From NCBI GenBank assembly GCA_951406725.2, contig OX597817.1, positions 161,882,001 to 161,946,000 of the forward strand: a stretch of 64,000 bases of DNA. Direction: 5' to 3'. Under the pieces are notes generated by a model. The model was not told the DNA's origin. It ran no database searches and was given only the letters and a program-made list of their open reading frames with translations. How positions within the stretch are numbered: position 1 is the stretch's first letter; each line of letters begins with the position of its first letter. Made by a program: the position numbers and the translations under genes. Of the stretch, positions 27,762 through 45,012 are shown one piece after another. The stretch is from Octopus vulgaris. Taxonomy: Eukaryota.

Positions 27762-28271
27762 TATGCACGCCTTGTCGACTTGAAATGCTCAGTCATTACA
27801 ATGAAGCGAAAATATGTAGGCCGTATCGAAATTCTGCAATTAACTTTCAACAGACAACAACACGCGTTCTACCAAACAAAACAATGCAGCTGATAGCGAT
27901 GCACCTCGCTAAATAACCAAAACTGCATCTCTGCACATTTCTCCGAGACCTACAGTTGAACTGCACCAGAAGCTGCATATTCACGTAACTGCTGACCGTA
28001 CAGAAATCGCTGAAATTATGGAAGCCTGCAGCCACATTATCAACAACCACCCGCAAAGAACTATATGGATGGAACTACGGAAGACCTAAAGTACAACTTT
28101 TCCCACAGCCACATACTTCTCGCTCGAGTCCCGATGTTTTAAAAAATCCTGTATTTCCCCTACATTCCACACAGACTTTTTTTGCATATAGACTATTATA
28201 GACTCTCAAGAATATTTCTTTGTATGCGACTATTCTTTCTTGTTTTTCAGTTACTCTCTCTCTCTCTCTCT

Positions 28272-28672
28272 CCTCTTTTACTTGTTTCAGTCATTTGAAT
28301 GCGGCCATGCTGGAGCACCGCCTTTAGTCGAGCAAATCGACCCCGGGACTTATTCTTTGTAAGCCCAGTACTTATTCTATCGGTCTCTTTTGCCGAACCG
28401 CTATGTTACGGGGACGTAAACACACCAGCATCGGTTGTCAAGCAATGCTAGGGGGACAAACAGACACACAAACACACACACACACACTTATATATACATA
28501 CATATATACGACAGGCTTCTTTCAGTTTCCGTCTACCAAATCCACTCACAAGGCATTGGTCGGCCCGGGGCTATAGCAGAAGACACTTGCCCAAGGTGCC
28601 ACGCAGTGGGACTGAACCCGGAACCATGTGGTTGTTTAGCAAGCTATTTACCACACAGCCATTCCTGTGCCT
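28272..28672 (-). mobile_element. SINE family A
   Basis: Full reverse-complement copy. Confidence 0.9.
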
Positions 28673-28830
28673 GTTCTAGATTTTCAGCAAAGAACACTCT
28701 TTCCATCCAAGTTTATCACTGTTTTATTTACATTTCATTTCATGAGTTAACTATGCCTTTCTGCCCGGCAAACTATTACTTATTTACATGTTAGCACATT
28801 TATAAACCCACAACACAATTTTGATCAAAA

Positions 28831-29017
28831 TTAATTCTGCGAGGACTCATTCTGCAAAGACTCATTCCGCAAAGACTCATTCCGCAAAACCTTAATTCCA
28901 CCAAGATTTTATCCCGCGAAGACTTAATTCCGCGGAGACTTTATTCCGCGAAGACTTTATTCCGCGAAGACTTAATTCCGCGAAGACTTAAATCCGCGAA
29001 GACCAATTCTTCGAAGA
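28831..29017. repeat. Minisatellite, ~15-16 bp unit TTAATTCCGCGAAGAC
   Basis: About 12 imperfect tandem units. Confidence 0.85.
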
Positions 29018-29767
29018 CGACTAATTCATGTGCATCTTTTTATAATGTATTTTTGGCTGGTTGCATTGCATAATTTTTCATGCACACGTAGTCTTCCCTG
29101 TTCTCATTGCATATCTTTCGTCACCTGTTTCTTGCAGGTGTTTGCAGTTTTTCGTAATTTACTTAATTTACTTAATTTTTGCTGCACTATTTTATATTTT
29201 TTTCCTTTAAAAAATTCAACCTTCATACATACATGTATGCACACCTACACCCAACTACACACATGCACCCAAATACTGTGCCTTCATTGACTTATTTTCC
29301 ATGTCTGTGCACCCGCAGCTCTTTTCCCGACACGTTCAATGTCTGGTCATGCCCTCTGTGCCCTTGCTTCCAGACACATTTTACCCAGTAAGACCCTAGT
29401 ATTGTCTTAATATATATACATAGAGAAGGTTTCCCAGTCTCAACGCGCCAACATGTCACACTTTGTTGTTTTGCTTAGCCACAGCAAATGTATACGATCA
29501 TAACGTCACAATTTATCGTCTTGCTTAACCACAGCAAATGTACATGACCACAGTGCCAGGCTCATTTCGCCCCTGCACTTCTTTTAAGACCTGTCACACA
29601 ACATGCCCACTCCTGCCAAACGTTTTTCACAATTTTGAACGCTCTTAAATTTTCGCATTATTGCACTTTCGGCTATTTCCCCTGTTATCGATATTTTGTC
29701 TTCGACCAAATTATCTTGACTGTAAATAACGAAATGAACAGCCACAATTTTCTAGGCCAGGTTTCGA

Positions 29768-30610
29768 AACCTAATCCACATTTTCTCCCACAAGTCCTCG
29801 GCCAACTGTTCTAGCCTTTTGCACCAAGAGCTTAATGAGAATAAACTGACATCTTAGACCTTCTTGAATTATACACGGATCAAACATGATATACACGAAG
29901 AATCCTTTTGCTTAGACTTATCTAATTTAGTTACGAAGAATATAAATACACGAGCTAAATTGCTTTCTTTCTCTTCGGTCATTTGGCACCCACCGAGAGC
30001 ACACATTTATCTTCCTTAATTCTTCCGGTACCGATGGGGATGCAGCCCCTTCACGTGTAGGACAACACACTGCTTATACTCTCTATTTACCAAAAAGGCG
30101 GCGAGCTGGCAGAAACGTTAGCACGCGGGGCGAAATGCTTAGCAGTATTTCGTCTGCCGCTACGTTCTGAGTTCAAATTCTGCCGAGGTCGACTTTGCCT
30201 TTCATCCTTTCGGGGTCGATAAATAAAGTACAAGTTTCGCACTGAGGTCGATGTAATCGACTCAATCCCTTTGTCTATCCTTGTTTGTCCCCTCTATGTT
30301 TAGCCCCTTGTGGGCAATAAAGAAATATACTCTCTATTTACTTAAACTGTATTACTCTGTCTCTTTTTAGAAGTTACTCAGAGATGAAGCTCGCTCCAAT
30401 ACACACTGGACTATAACGCTAAAAACATCATGTGTACAACTACAACCCGAGGAAATTTGTATTTTCTATATTGTAACAACTAACTTAATAATCATATTAA
30501 ATAAATGGTCGTCTTAATAATTAATTTATATTTTTCTTCACTCAGTCATTTATTCGAAGCAAAATTATCGTTACAAGCTGATGACCAACTCTTACATTTT
30601 CGTTACATGC

Positions 30611-30611
<1 letters not shown>
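29768..30611 (+). repeat. Local duplication, copy B (SINE B at 30095-30326, TSD ATACTCTCTATTTAC)
   Basis: Collinear with copy A. Confidence 0.85.
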
Positions 30612-30616
<5 letters not shown>

Positions 30617-30645
<29 letters not shown>

Positions 30646-30911
30646 TGTATGTATGTATGTATGTATGTATGTATGTATGTATGTATGTATGTATGTATGT
30701 ATGTATGTATGTATGTTTGTTTGTATGTATGTATGTATGTATGTGTGTATGTATGTATGTATGTATGTATGTATGTTTGTATGTATGTATGTATGTATGT
30801 ATGTATGTATGTATGTATGTATGTATGTATGTATGTATGTATGTATGTATGTATGTATGTATGTATGTATGTGTGTATGTATGTATGTATGTATGTATGT
30901 ATGTATGTATG
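30617..30911. repeat. (TATG)n microsatellite
   Basis: Direct reading. Confidence 0.97.
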
Positions 30912-31593
30912 TGATAATTCATTCATTAATTCATAAGTTCTCTGGCGTCTTACATAATTTTCTTCTCACTCTAATTATGACCTGTATTTTATTTATAGAT
31001 CTGAAAACTACTAAATTGTAAAGCTAATCATAACACCTATTGCCTAAAGTGTTAAATATTCTCAACGACATCAAACAGCAGTGAATATGGCCTTAGAACC
31101 GGTGAAAAACGTCCCAAACATATTTAAACTGCTCTAAATGATTATTTACTCGCGACACTAGTTTCACGTGCTTACTACAATATCGTTAGTACATAACCTT
31201 ATATAATTCATTCATACGTATGCTACATTTCTCTTTTATCTTGTATTTGTAGCAAGGCGGTGTCTCAGCATGGTCGCAGTCATGGTTATCCGAACAAGAT
31301 CAGGTTATTCGAACAAGATCTCAACGCTCTGTAATTAGGTTCAGTGCAATTTGCTTTGCTGACAATCAAATCATCGCACGATCAGAATAGTCCCGGGCCA
31401 TGTCGTTCGGATAAATAAGATCGAAATGTTTTCTTACATCATTTAATTAATACGCTGTATGGTGTATTGCGTAATTTTCCTCACTCATTAATGGCTAAAT
31501 CTATAAAGCCAACTGAATTAGTCTGGTTCTTGACGAACATGTATATAAAACAGACTAGAGCATTATATCTTCTTTTGATGGCGTTAATTCATA

Positions 31594-31664
31594 TTCTCGA
31601 TGGTATAGTGGTAAGTATTCCTGCCTGTTACGCACGAGACCTGGTTAGATTCCCCGCCAAGGAG
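31594..31664 (+). pseudogene. tRNA-Asp-derived pseudogene
   Basis: TTCTCGATGGTATAGTGGTAAGTATTCCTGCCTGTTACGCACGAGACCTGGTTAGATTCCCCGCCAAGGAG aligns with the metazoan tRNA-Asp(GTC) pattern; anticodon, T-loop and stems are mutated. Confidence 0.75.
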
Positions 31665-32469
31665 GTTAATCATTCTACTCTCAGGTATGGTAGTGTGAGC
31701 AAGAAGCTTGCTTTGCAACTACGCGGTTCTAGGTTTAGTCCCAATGCACAAGACCTTGTGCCAGCGTCTTTTTTTTTTTTTTGTTAGCCAATGTACCAAT
31801 TATAATGAATCAAACACTTTGTAGGCAAGCAGTATGAAAGACGATAGGTAAAGGTCAAACCAGCAGCCTCTGAACAAAGCAAATAACCAACGATATACGT
31901 CAAACCATTTTATCCGACATTCTACCGAGTCTTGTGAAAGATAAGTTACTAACATTATTAGCACAGGAACTAGTCGGCTCCAGTATATGACTGTTACTTA
32001 CTGTGGCGATCCATGAAGAGTTGAAGGCAAAGTTAACTATAGTGGGATTCAGAGCTGGATATATAGTGGAGCAAAAGGGGCAATCGCCACGGGCATCCCT
32101 GATATCGGGCCCCTGCCTGCTACGGAGGTGACTGAGCATTCCAAACTGGGAGACTACCCCTGCTTACTGACATGAAGCGGCCCACACCCCAGTATACAAA
32201 CATATATCCACTTCCTTCAAAAAAATGTATCGGATGTCCTCATTTATGATAAATTTCACTGTTTATTCACGTTAGCGACGCCAGTTCCCTTCGTCTAAAA
32301 GTATTAAAAAGATATGTAAGCAAAATACACACTTTGTCCAGTGCCCTACCGATTCAATTACTTCCTAAATTAATTGAAGCGTCTTTCTATTATGATTTCG
32401 TACAAATTCTTCTTCATATTTTTCATTTCTTCCGAGGTTTTCCTTCCTTCCTTTCTTTCTTTCTTTCTC

Positions 32470-32509
<40 letters not shown>

Positions 32510-32603
32510 GTTTTGTGCATCTATCTATCTATTTATCTATCTACCTACCTATCTGTTTCGTTTCATACACGCACATATGTATGCATATATATATGTATGT
32601 ATG

Positions 32604-32643
<40 letters not shown>

Positions 32644-32667
32644 TGTATGTATGTATGTGTGTATGTG

Positions 32668-32707
<40 letters not shown>

Positions 32708-33024
32708 TGCATACATATGCACATATATATGTATATAATTTTAATTAAGAAATAGAGAAGTCAAATTAATAATGTTGCATAAGTTTCGATGGACAGCCGC
32801 CATTATTTTATATTACATAAAATGTTATGCATTGTTATATGATAAATTTAGAGCCACTTGACTTCTTCCGATATGTTCATTTAAATGATTTCCCAATCAC
32901 GAGAAGGATCAATAATTAGCTGTGATTGATTAAAAAGTGCATCATTCGCACAACAATTCGCAATCTTCACTAATCAGGTTCCTACATGAAGTGCAGCTGA
33001 AGTGATCGCATGGAATTTATTTAT

Positions 33025-36859
<3,835 letters not shown>

Positions 36860-36862
<3 letters not shown>

Positions 36863-37091
36863 CGGCGAGCTGGCAGAAACGTTAGCACGCCGGGCGAAAT
36901 GCGTAGCTGTATTTCGTCTGTCGTCACGTTCCGAGTTCAAATTCCGCCGAGGTCGACTTTGCCTTTCATCCTTTCGGGGTCGATAAATTAAGTACCAGTT
37001 ACACACTGGGGTCGATATAATCGACTTAATCCGTTCGTCTGTCCTTGTTTGTCCCGTCTGTGTTTAGCCCCTTGTGGGTAGTAAAGAAATA
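36860..37091 (+). mobile_element. SINE family B inside (TA)n
   Basis: Full copy. Confidence 0.92.
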
Positions 37092-37109
37092 TATATATAT
37101 ATATACATA

Positions 37110-37248
37110 TATACGACAGGCTTCTTTCAGTTTCCGTCTACCAAATTCACTCACAAGGCATTGGTCGGCCCGGGGCTATTGCCCAAGATGCCACGCAACC
37201 ATGTGGTTGGTTAGCAAGCTACTTACCACACAGCCACTCCTGCGCCTA
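37110..37248 (-). mobile_element. SINE family A, 5' half
   Basis: Head with small internal deletions. Confidence 0.85.
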
Positions 37249-37500
37249 TTATCTTCATTATTATTATCAATAGATTTTGGTTTTAAAGCCGTGAGCTGGC
37301 AGAATCGTTAGCATGCCGAACAAAATGTTTTGCAGCATTTCGTCCGTCTTTAGGTTTTGAGTTCAAATACCGTCAAGGTCGACTTTGTCTTTCATCCTTT
37401 CGGAGTCGATAAAATAAGTACTAGTTGAACACTGGGGTCGATGTAACCGAGTTACCTTGCTGGCCTTGATCCATAATTTAAAACCAATATATATATATAA

Positions 37501-37702
37501 CGTACATATATGTTTGTATGTATGCATATATTTTATTTATTACACTATTGTATGACTGAGCGCCCTCGCGTCGATTCGATTCGATTCGTTTCGTTTCGTT
37601 TCGTTTCTCCTTCTTCTCTAAGCTGGTTTTTATATATAATTATGACGCGAAACTCTATAACTCCTTCTTCTCTCTTTCTTTCACCCTCTTTGGCTTCCTT
37701 CC

Positions 37703-37739
<37 letters not shown>

Positions 37740-38334
37740 TCCTCATCTCTCTCACAGCCGAGTCGACAAACTTCCTTTCGCTGGCGGCCTTCTTCAAGTA
37801 AACATGTTTCTTCCTGCGCTCATGAAAAAGTCTTTTTCCTCGTCTAGGCTTATAGGCCCTCATTATTTGTTTTCCTGTCCTGTTTCTATTCCTTCTTGTA
37901 CTGTATTTTTTGTAATTGTATTTTTATTTTGTATTTGTTTTTAATTGTATTGTTTTTACGTCTTGTTTTTTGTCACATTTTTTCCTTGTTTTTACCCCTC
38001 TGCAAAGGAATTTTATTTAATTCTTTCGCAGGAAGGACTAGTTCGACGAGACGTGTTCTGTCCTCACCTTCGAAACACGCTGGAGTTGAACTAGGGACAG
38101 CTGATGAAGGGGATTTTTCCTTGTGTAGTTTGTCTTGTACTCTGTTTTTTCGTTGTTAAAAAAATGGTCCGTTCCATGCTGTTTTTACTTTTTCGTTTCT
38201 CGTTGAGATCTACGTCTATTTGTGGGGTCCTGTACACACGTATATATATCTATATATGCATGTATATATACATGTAGATGTAGGTGCGTACATATATGTT
38301 TGTATGTATGCATATATTTTATTTATTACACTAT
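37501..38334 (+). mobile_element. ~830-bp element bounded by an identical 48-bp direct repeat (Penelope-like partial tandem)
   Basis: CGTACATATATGTTTGTATGTATGCATATATTTTATTTATTACACTAT at 37501-37548 and 38287-38334. Confidence 0.65.
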
Positions 38335-38519
38335 ATATATATATATATATATATATTGATATTTAGCAAAAGTAACAGAGTGACTCAACGTCCAACAGCT
38401 TCGTGCGTTAAGTGCCAACGCGCGAAACTCGCGCTTTGAGTCAGTTACTTCGTTTAATTATTAATAAAAATATACATATACTCACATTTTGAGTTCTATT
38501 TTCCTATGGGCATCAACAG

Positions 38520-38599
<80 letters not shown>

Positions 38600-39012
38600 A
38601 CATTTTCAAAGAGAGAAATAGTAATTGCGTGCAAATATTTAATTTTGAATTTTAATATTGATTGCTTTTATGCAGATCAATTTTGTTTGTGAAATGAATT
38701 TAATATATAATATATATTATATAATTGGAGCAATTAATTGCTTTTTCAAAGTAAAGCTGGTGATAATTTTAACAGTAAAGTCAATCAATTTGCTCTCAAT
38801 CGAGAACCATATTTTTTTAGGCAAAAGCTGCAAAAAAAACAGACTGATTTTCAATTGTATTCGAAATAAGTATCTCATCTTATCTTCTTTAGACCCTTAT
38901 TCCTGAGAGGGTTCAGGGAGCAGAGTCCTTAACCCATTTGAGACACGGTGTTTTGGTATGTGTAGCAAAAAAGATCAAAGTTTTTTCTTTTCTGTTGAGA
39001 TTGAAATTGATA

Positions 39013-39267
39013 GGTGCATCAGTTGTCAAGCGAAGTTGGGGAACAAACACAGACACACAAACACACACACACACACACATATATATTTATATCTATATAT
39101 ATGATAGGCTTCTTTCAGTTTCCCTCTGCCAAATCCACTCACAAGGCTTTGGTCAGCCCGAGGCTATAGTAGAAGACACTTGCCCAAGGTGCCACACAGT
39201 GGGACTGAACCCGGAACCATGTGGTTGGTAAGCAAGCTACTTACCACACAGCCACTCCTGCGCCTAT
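39013..39267 (-). mobile_element. SINE family A, partial
   Basis: Head and internal microsatellite. Confidence 0.85.
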
Positions 39268-39537
39268 GTCATATTTCTGTGGAAGACATCACAAATTGAT
39301 TAGCAGTTGTCAAAAAAAATGTCATCAAGGTACTACCCCACTATGCGACACAACGTTGTCGCAGAAACGACATTCGAAAAAATGACTGTTCGGGAATAAA
39401 AATATAGAATCCCCTAGTTACTGAATTAACACACAAACATCAACACAAGGAACACTGTTGAAATATTCCCGTCAAAACTCTGGCCAAACGCAAATATAAC
39501 AAGCCAGGTATTGTTTGGGACAGACAAGAAGTATATA

Positions 39538-39770
39538 CCTATTTCTTTACTATCCACAAGGGGCTAAACATAGAGGAGACAAACATGGACAGACATAGGT
39601 ATTAAGTCGATTATATCGACCCCAGTGCTTAACTGGTACTTAATTTATCGACCCCGAAAGGATGAAAGGTAAAGTCGACCTCGGCGGAATTTGAACTCAC
39701 AACGTAACGGCAGCCGAAATACCGCTAAGCATTTCGCCCGACGTGCTAACGATTCTGCTAGCTCGCCGTA
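39538..39770 (-). mobile_element. SINE family B
   Basis: Full reverse-complement copy. Confidence 0.9.
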
Positions 39771-39900
39771 TATACCGTCATAGAGGTCAGCTGCACTTCT
39801 GGCTTGAGTATCTCTTTACAAATCAAAATTATAGAGGATAACAATGGACAACTGCTTCGAAATCTCTGTCTTCTATATCCAGATTATAAATACACAATTA

Positions 39901-40412
39901 CCGTAAATCCTAGAGTATAATCTGCATTTTCTCCAAAAAATTTAATGGTCAAAATCCCTAGTGCGTACTATACACGAGGTTAAAAATGAGAAATATTTTC
40001 TAAGCAATGTCCGAGTCTATATTTGCTGTCCGGCAATGTTTATTCAAACGCATTTTGCGATGTTGGGCGCAAAAATACCTTAAGCTAAGCCTGAAAGCAA
40101 TGAAGTCATAAAAGAATCATCCATAACTTGCAGTAAGCAACATTTATTAAACATTATTCCTGTTATTTCTTTATTTTCTGCAAACAAAATGCACAAAAAA
40201 GCTACACGTTTGCATTATGTAATATATACAATAATAATAAAGGACATTACCGTATGCATTTTTACAAACCAAGTACGTTATATAGACCTCCTTGACTCAA
40301 GTTAGAGAAGGGGTGCGTATTATACACAAGGTTTAGGTTTTTCAGAGGTACAGCCCCCTAAAAATCCCCTGTGTATTATACTCAAGGGCAGACTATACTC
40401 GAGGATTTCCGG
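39901..40412. mobile_element. MITE, pogo/Tc2-like
   Basis: TIRs CCGTAAATCCTAGAGTATA / TATACTCGAGGATTTCCGG, TA at the left flank, repeated internal GCGTA(C/T)TATACAC motifs. Confidence 0.75.
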
Positions 40413-40681
40413 TTTATCAAAAACAATTGGTGCACGTGAGTAAATGTCCAAGTGACAATCTGAATAAGCTTGGGTTTTCAGAAAAAGAAATCAACCAGCT
40501 TACTCGCACATTACAAGCACAAACTATAAGTGAAACAGTAAAAATATGAAATATGCAAGACATTTCTCAGATTTAAAATGAGACATTGTTTTTGTTAGCT
40601 ACATTCTAGAGTTTTGTATCTTTGCGAAAAACCAGCTTCTTTCTCATTGAAGGAATTTAAATAAGTAAAAACAGAAGAGAA

Positions 40682-40715
40682 CATACATACATACATACAT
40701 ACATACATACATACA

Positions 40716-40749
<34 letters not shown>

Positions 40750-41287
40750 CATACATTCATATACATACATTCGTACGTACACACATTCATACATACGTAC
40801 ACACACATACACACATACATACATAAATACATACATACATTCATACATACACACATTCATACATACGTACATACACACACATACATACATACGCACGTAC
40901 GTACATACATACATACACATACATGCGTACATACGTTCATACGTACATACATACATACATACATGCATACATACGTAAATACGTACATACGTACATACAT
41001 ACATACATGCGTACATACATACATGCATGCATACATACATGCATGAATACATACGTACACACACATACACACATACATACATACATAAATACATACATTC
41101 ATACATACACACATTCATACATACGTACATACACACACATACATACATACGTACGTACATACATACATACATACATACATACATACATACATACATACAT
41201 ACATACATACATACACGCACACACACATACATACATACATACATACATACATACATACATACATACATACATACATACATACATACA
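40682..41287. repeat. Degenerate (CATA)n microsatellite
   Basis: Direct reading. Confidence 0.95.
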
Positions 41288-41520
41288 CACACAGTGCTCT
41301 TCCATCCAAACTATAGATTTTCATTTGTTCTTGTCTTCATAGCTGCACTGGGCTGTGTAAGAAGAGATTTGCATAAGAAACTAGAAACGCTTCGGTTCTC
41401 CAAGAAACTGATTTGCATCCACCAAATATAGTCGATCAGAGCGATGGGAAAGATTTGCAAAGAATTCCAGGGTTTCTCCATTTGATGTTCCTGGACTAAA
41501 CACACGTGCGCGTGGGATAT

Positions 41521-41902
41521 TGGAAGCACTCCGTCGGTTACGACGACGAGGGTTCCGGTTGATCCGAATCAACGGAACAGCCTGCTCGTGAAATTAACGT
41601 GTAAGTGGCTGAGCACTCCACAGACACGTGTACCCTTAACGTAGTTCTCGGGGATATTCAGCGTGACACAGAGAGTCACAAGGCCGGCCCTTTGAAATAC
41701 AGCTACAACAGAAACAGGAAGTATGAGTGAGAGAAAGTTGTGGTGAAAGAGTACAGCAGGGATCACCACCATCCCCAGCCGGAGCCTCGTTGAGCTTTTA
41801 GGTGTTTTCGCTCAATAAACACTCACAACGCCCGGTCTGGGAATCGAAACCGCGATCCTATGACCGCGAGTCCGCTGCCCTAACCACTGGGCCATTGCGC
41901 TT
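41521..41902 (-). mobile_element. SINE family C, full length, TSD CGCGTGGGATAT
   Basis: Duplicated 12-bp flank at 41509 and 41903. Confidence 0.93.
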
Positions 41903-42743
41903 CGCGTGGGATATACACCTACAAACAAACATTAATGGAACACACGCTCGTATCATTAGCGTAGTAAGGTGGGAGTGAGAAAGGTTGGTCCCGTTCCGAG
42001 CAATGCTTTAATTGGGGAGCCGGCTCTTTTGGGTCTGCTATATATAATAAGCCTATGTAGTGAATCTTGCATGCATGAAGTGGATTCGATCCACCATAGC
42101 CAAATTTGAATTAACACTGCTACAGAACTTTTTCCCACGAAGGAACAATGGTTTTTCTCTGACAGCAGTTTTACATCTTCCAGATGCCTTTAGCTGGGCC
42201 GAAACAATGTCTTCACCACTTGACCCTTTCTAACCTCTTCTACTCCACCAAAAGCTAGAATAGAGATAACAAGACCACCAACTCCTGTATAGGTTCAGTA
42301 CCCCGACGGAGGGCGGTAAATTCTAGAACTCCTCTGAGCGGCACACCATCAAGCGATGCCGGTGTCTTATGTGTTAAAGTGACATGCACACCCTCTACAC
42401 GAGTGCATGTCAATCAACAAACACGCATACATTTACACCAATTCATATCACAGCAAACTCCAAGAGCTCTCTTGGCTTAAACGAAAAAGCTCTTCGTCAC
42501 TTAGCAGTGGGCTTGAATTCTGCAAAAGGAAAAAAAATTACATAATTCCCTAAGAAAAACATACATATATTGCAATATAAACAGTATCTTTTTTTTTTTT
42601 TTTACAATTTTCCATATGCATTTTGTAGGATGACTCTTTTGAAATGAAGCTAATGATATATTTACTTTGTTGTCGTTGTTACAGAAATTGTTTAACTGTT
42701 GATATTGTTTTTATTCTTATATGTGAAACAGTTTTTCTCGTAG

Positions 42744-42836
<93 letters not shown>

Positions 42837-42983
42837 CACGCAAATATAAAGAAGAAGAAGATTAGAAAATGTGTTATTCCCATTTTTTTTATATATCACT
42901 AAAAGCCTTTCCTTGTAATCCTTCGTAAAGTCTGTTCCCAAGTCTGTTCTCTTGCAGAATATACATTTTATTGACGCCCACAC

Positions 42984-43320
<337 letters not shown>

Positions 43321-43469
43321 GGAAATGATAAATAGATAAAACACCATTGAATCCTGAGATTTCCCTAAAATAGAACCCGTGAATTAACGTCCAAAATGCC
43401 GAAATACAACTGCCCGCTAGTACAGACCCTTCTCCACTAAATATTATATACATACGTACATACATACAT

Positions 43470-43890
43470 ACATATTTTACAATGATACCTGTATCAAAAC
43501 ACGTGTCATTAAAGAATATTACAGCCGAATAAAGAAAATTTGGACCTGAGAAGTCTCTGCATTCAATAAAACTGACCCACAATGTGTTCGCAGTGCCAGT
43601 ACTCATACCAACATCTGGGCTGCTTGATTGAACGCTTGATGAGATCCGAACCATTGATGTGAAAACCCGAAAAATACTAATGTGCACACATAATTTCCAC
43701 ATAAATAGTGACGCAGACCACCTCTACCTAAAACGAAAGCAAGGCGGCAGAGGCTTAACATCGATCCAAAATGCCTTTGAATGTCGTATCATATCCCTTC
43801 GGCAACATCTTTTAGCCACCAAGTGTCGAGGTGCATCCCTTGACCAAATTTGCATCCATGAGACTGATAACATCATAAGATTTAGTAATT
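43470..43890 (+). mobile_element. R4/Dong-clade RT C-terminal fragment
   Basis: NVFAVPVL...[35 protein letters not shown]. Confidence 0.8.
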
Positions 43891-44186
43891 CCTGTAATTA
43901 TTGGGACCCTGGGATATGTAGCAGACCGCTTAAATACCAAACATGAGAAATTAGGCTTCTCAAAACCAGAAAGGAGAAATCTAATTCGAAGACTACAGAT
44001 CCAGTTCATCACTGGAACTGTAAAAATCTGTAAAACTTTCCAGAAGTTTATCATTTAAATATATATGAGCATGTCTAAATATGCAAGTATATGCATGACA
44101 ATACATATCCAAGCGGAATACATATTGAAGGAGTCTTGAAGTTTCTCTATTGGCAAGAAATCTTGAAATAAAACCGAACAATGACA

Positions 44187-44252
<66 letters not shown>

Positions 44253-44689
44253 TATAATAAAGTGATGGTTTGTTGCCAACTTAATGTAGCAGTCCCCAGA
44301 AAGTGGAACATGCTACTTTTAGCCCCAAGAATCACCGCTTCTAGTTGGCTATGTGACACAAGCGCTCTGTGTCCTTAAGTTTTCAAACAAGGGAGATAAG
44401 CAGCTCCAACCAACAAAGCCAGCATCCAGGGAGTAGTTTCAGGGTAATTGCTCTTCATTAGTCTGGGGTAGCTTGGCCTCGCTAGATGTCGCTGCTAAAC
44501 CGCTGTTGAAAACTTATAGAATTTCAGCGACATCTAGCAAAGCCAAGCTACTCCAAACTGCAGAATATGTTGAATAAAATCAAAGTTTACTGATCTTCCA
44601 GTATTTTCTTTTACCGAAAGCCAGGAACTTTTCAGCACCCCCTCGTAAGGTTTTAAAGTCTGGCACTCATTCTATGGGTCTTGATTGTC

Positions 44690-45012
44690 GATTCGCTAAG
44701 TTACAGGGGTGTAAACATACGAACACAGGTTATCGTGCAGTGCAGGGGATGACAAACACAGACATAAGGACACACATACATACACACACACAAATGCACA
44801 CACACACATTCACTCACACACACACACACACACACACATGCAAATACACCCACATATACGATGTGCTTCTTCACAGTATCCATCGACCAAATTCACTCAC
44901 AAGGTTGACCCGGGGCTTTAGTAGAAGACACTCACATATAGTACCGCGCGGTGGGACTGAACCAGAAAACACATGATTGGAAAGCGAGGTTCTTACTCAC
45001 ACAGCCACGCCT
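44690..45012 (-). mobile_element. Old SINE family A-like copy
   Basis: Diverged head and internal (CA)n. Confidence 0.65.

Noticed and set aside
28831-29017. CRISPR-like array
   Set aside because: No unique spacers, no cas genes, eukaryotic context.
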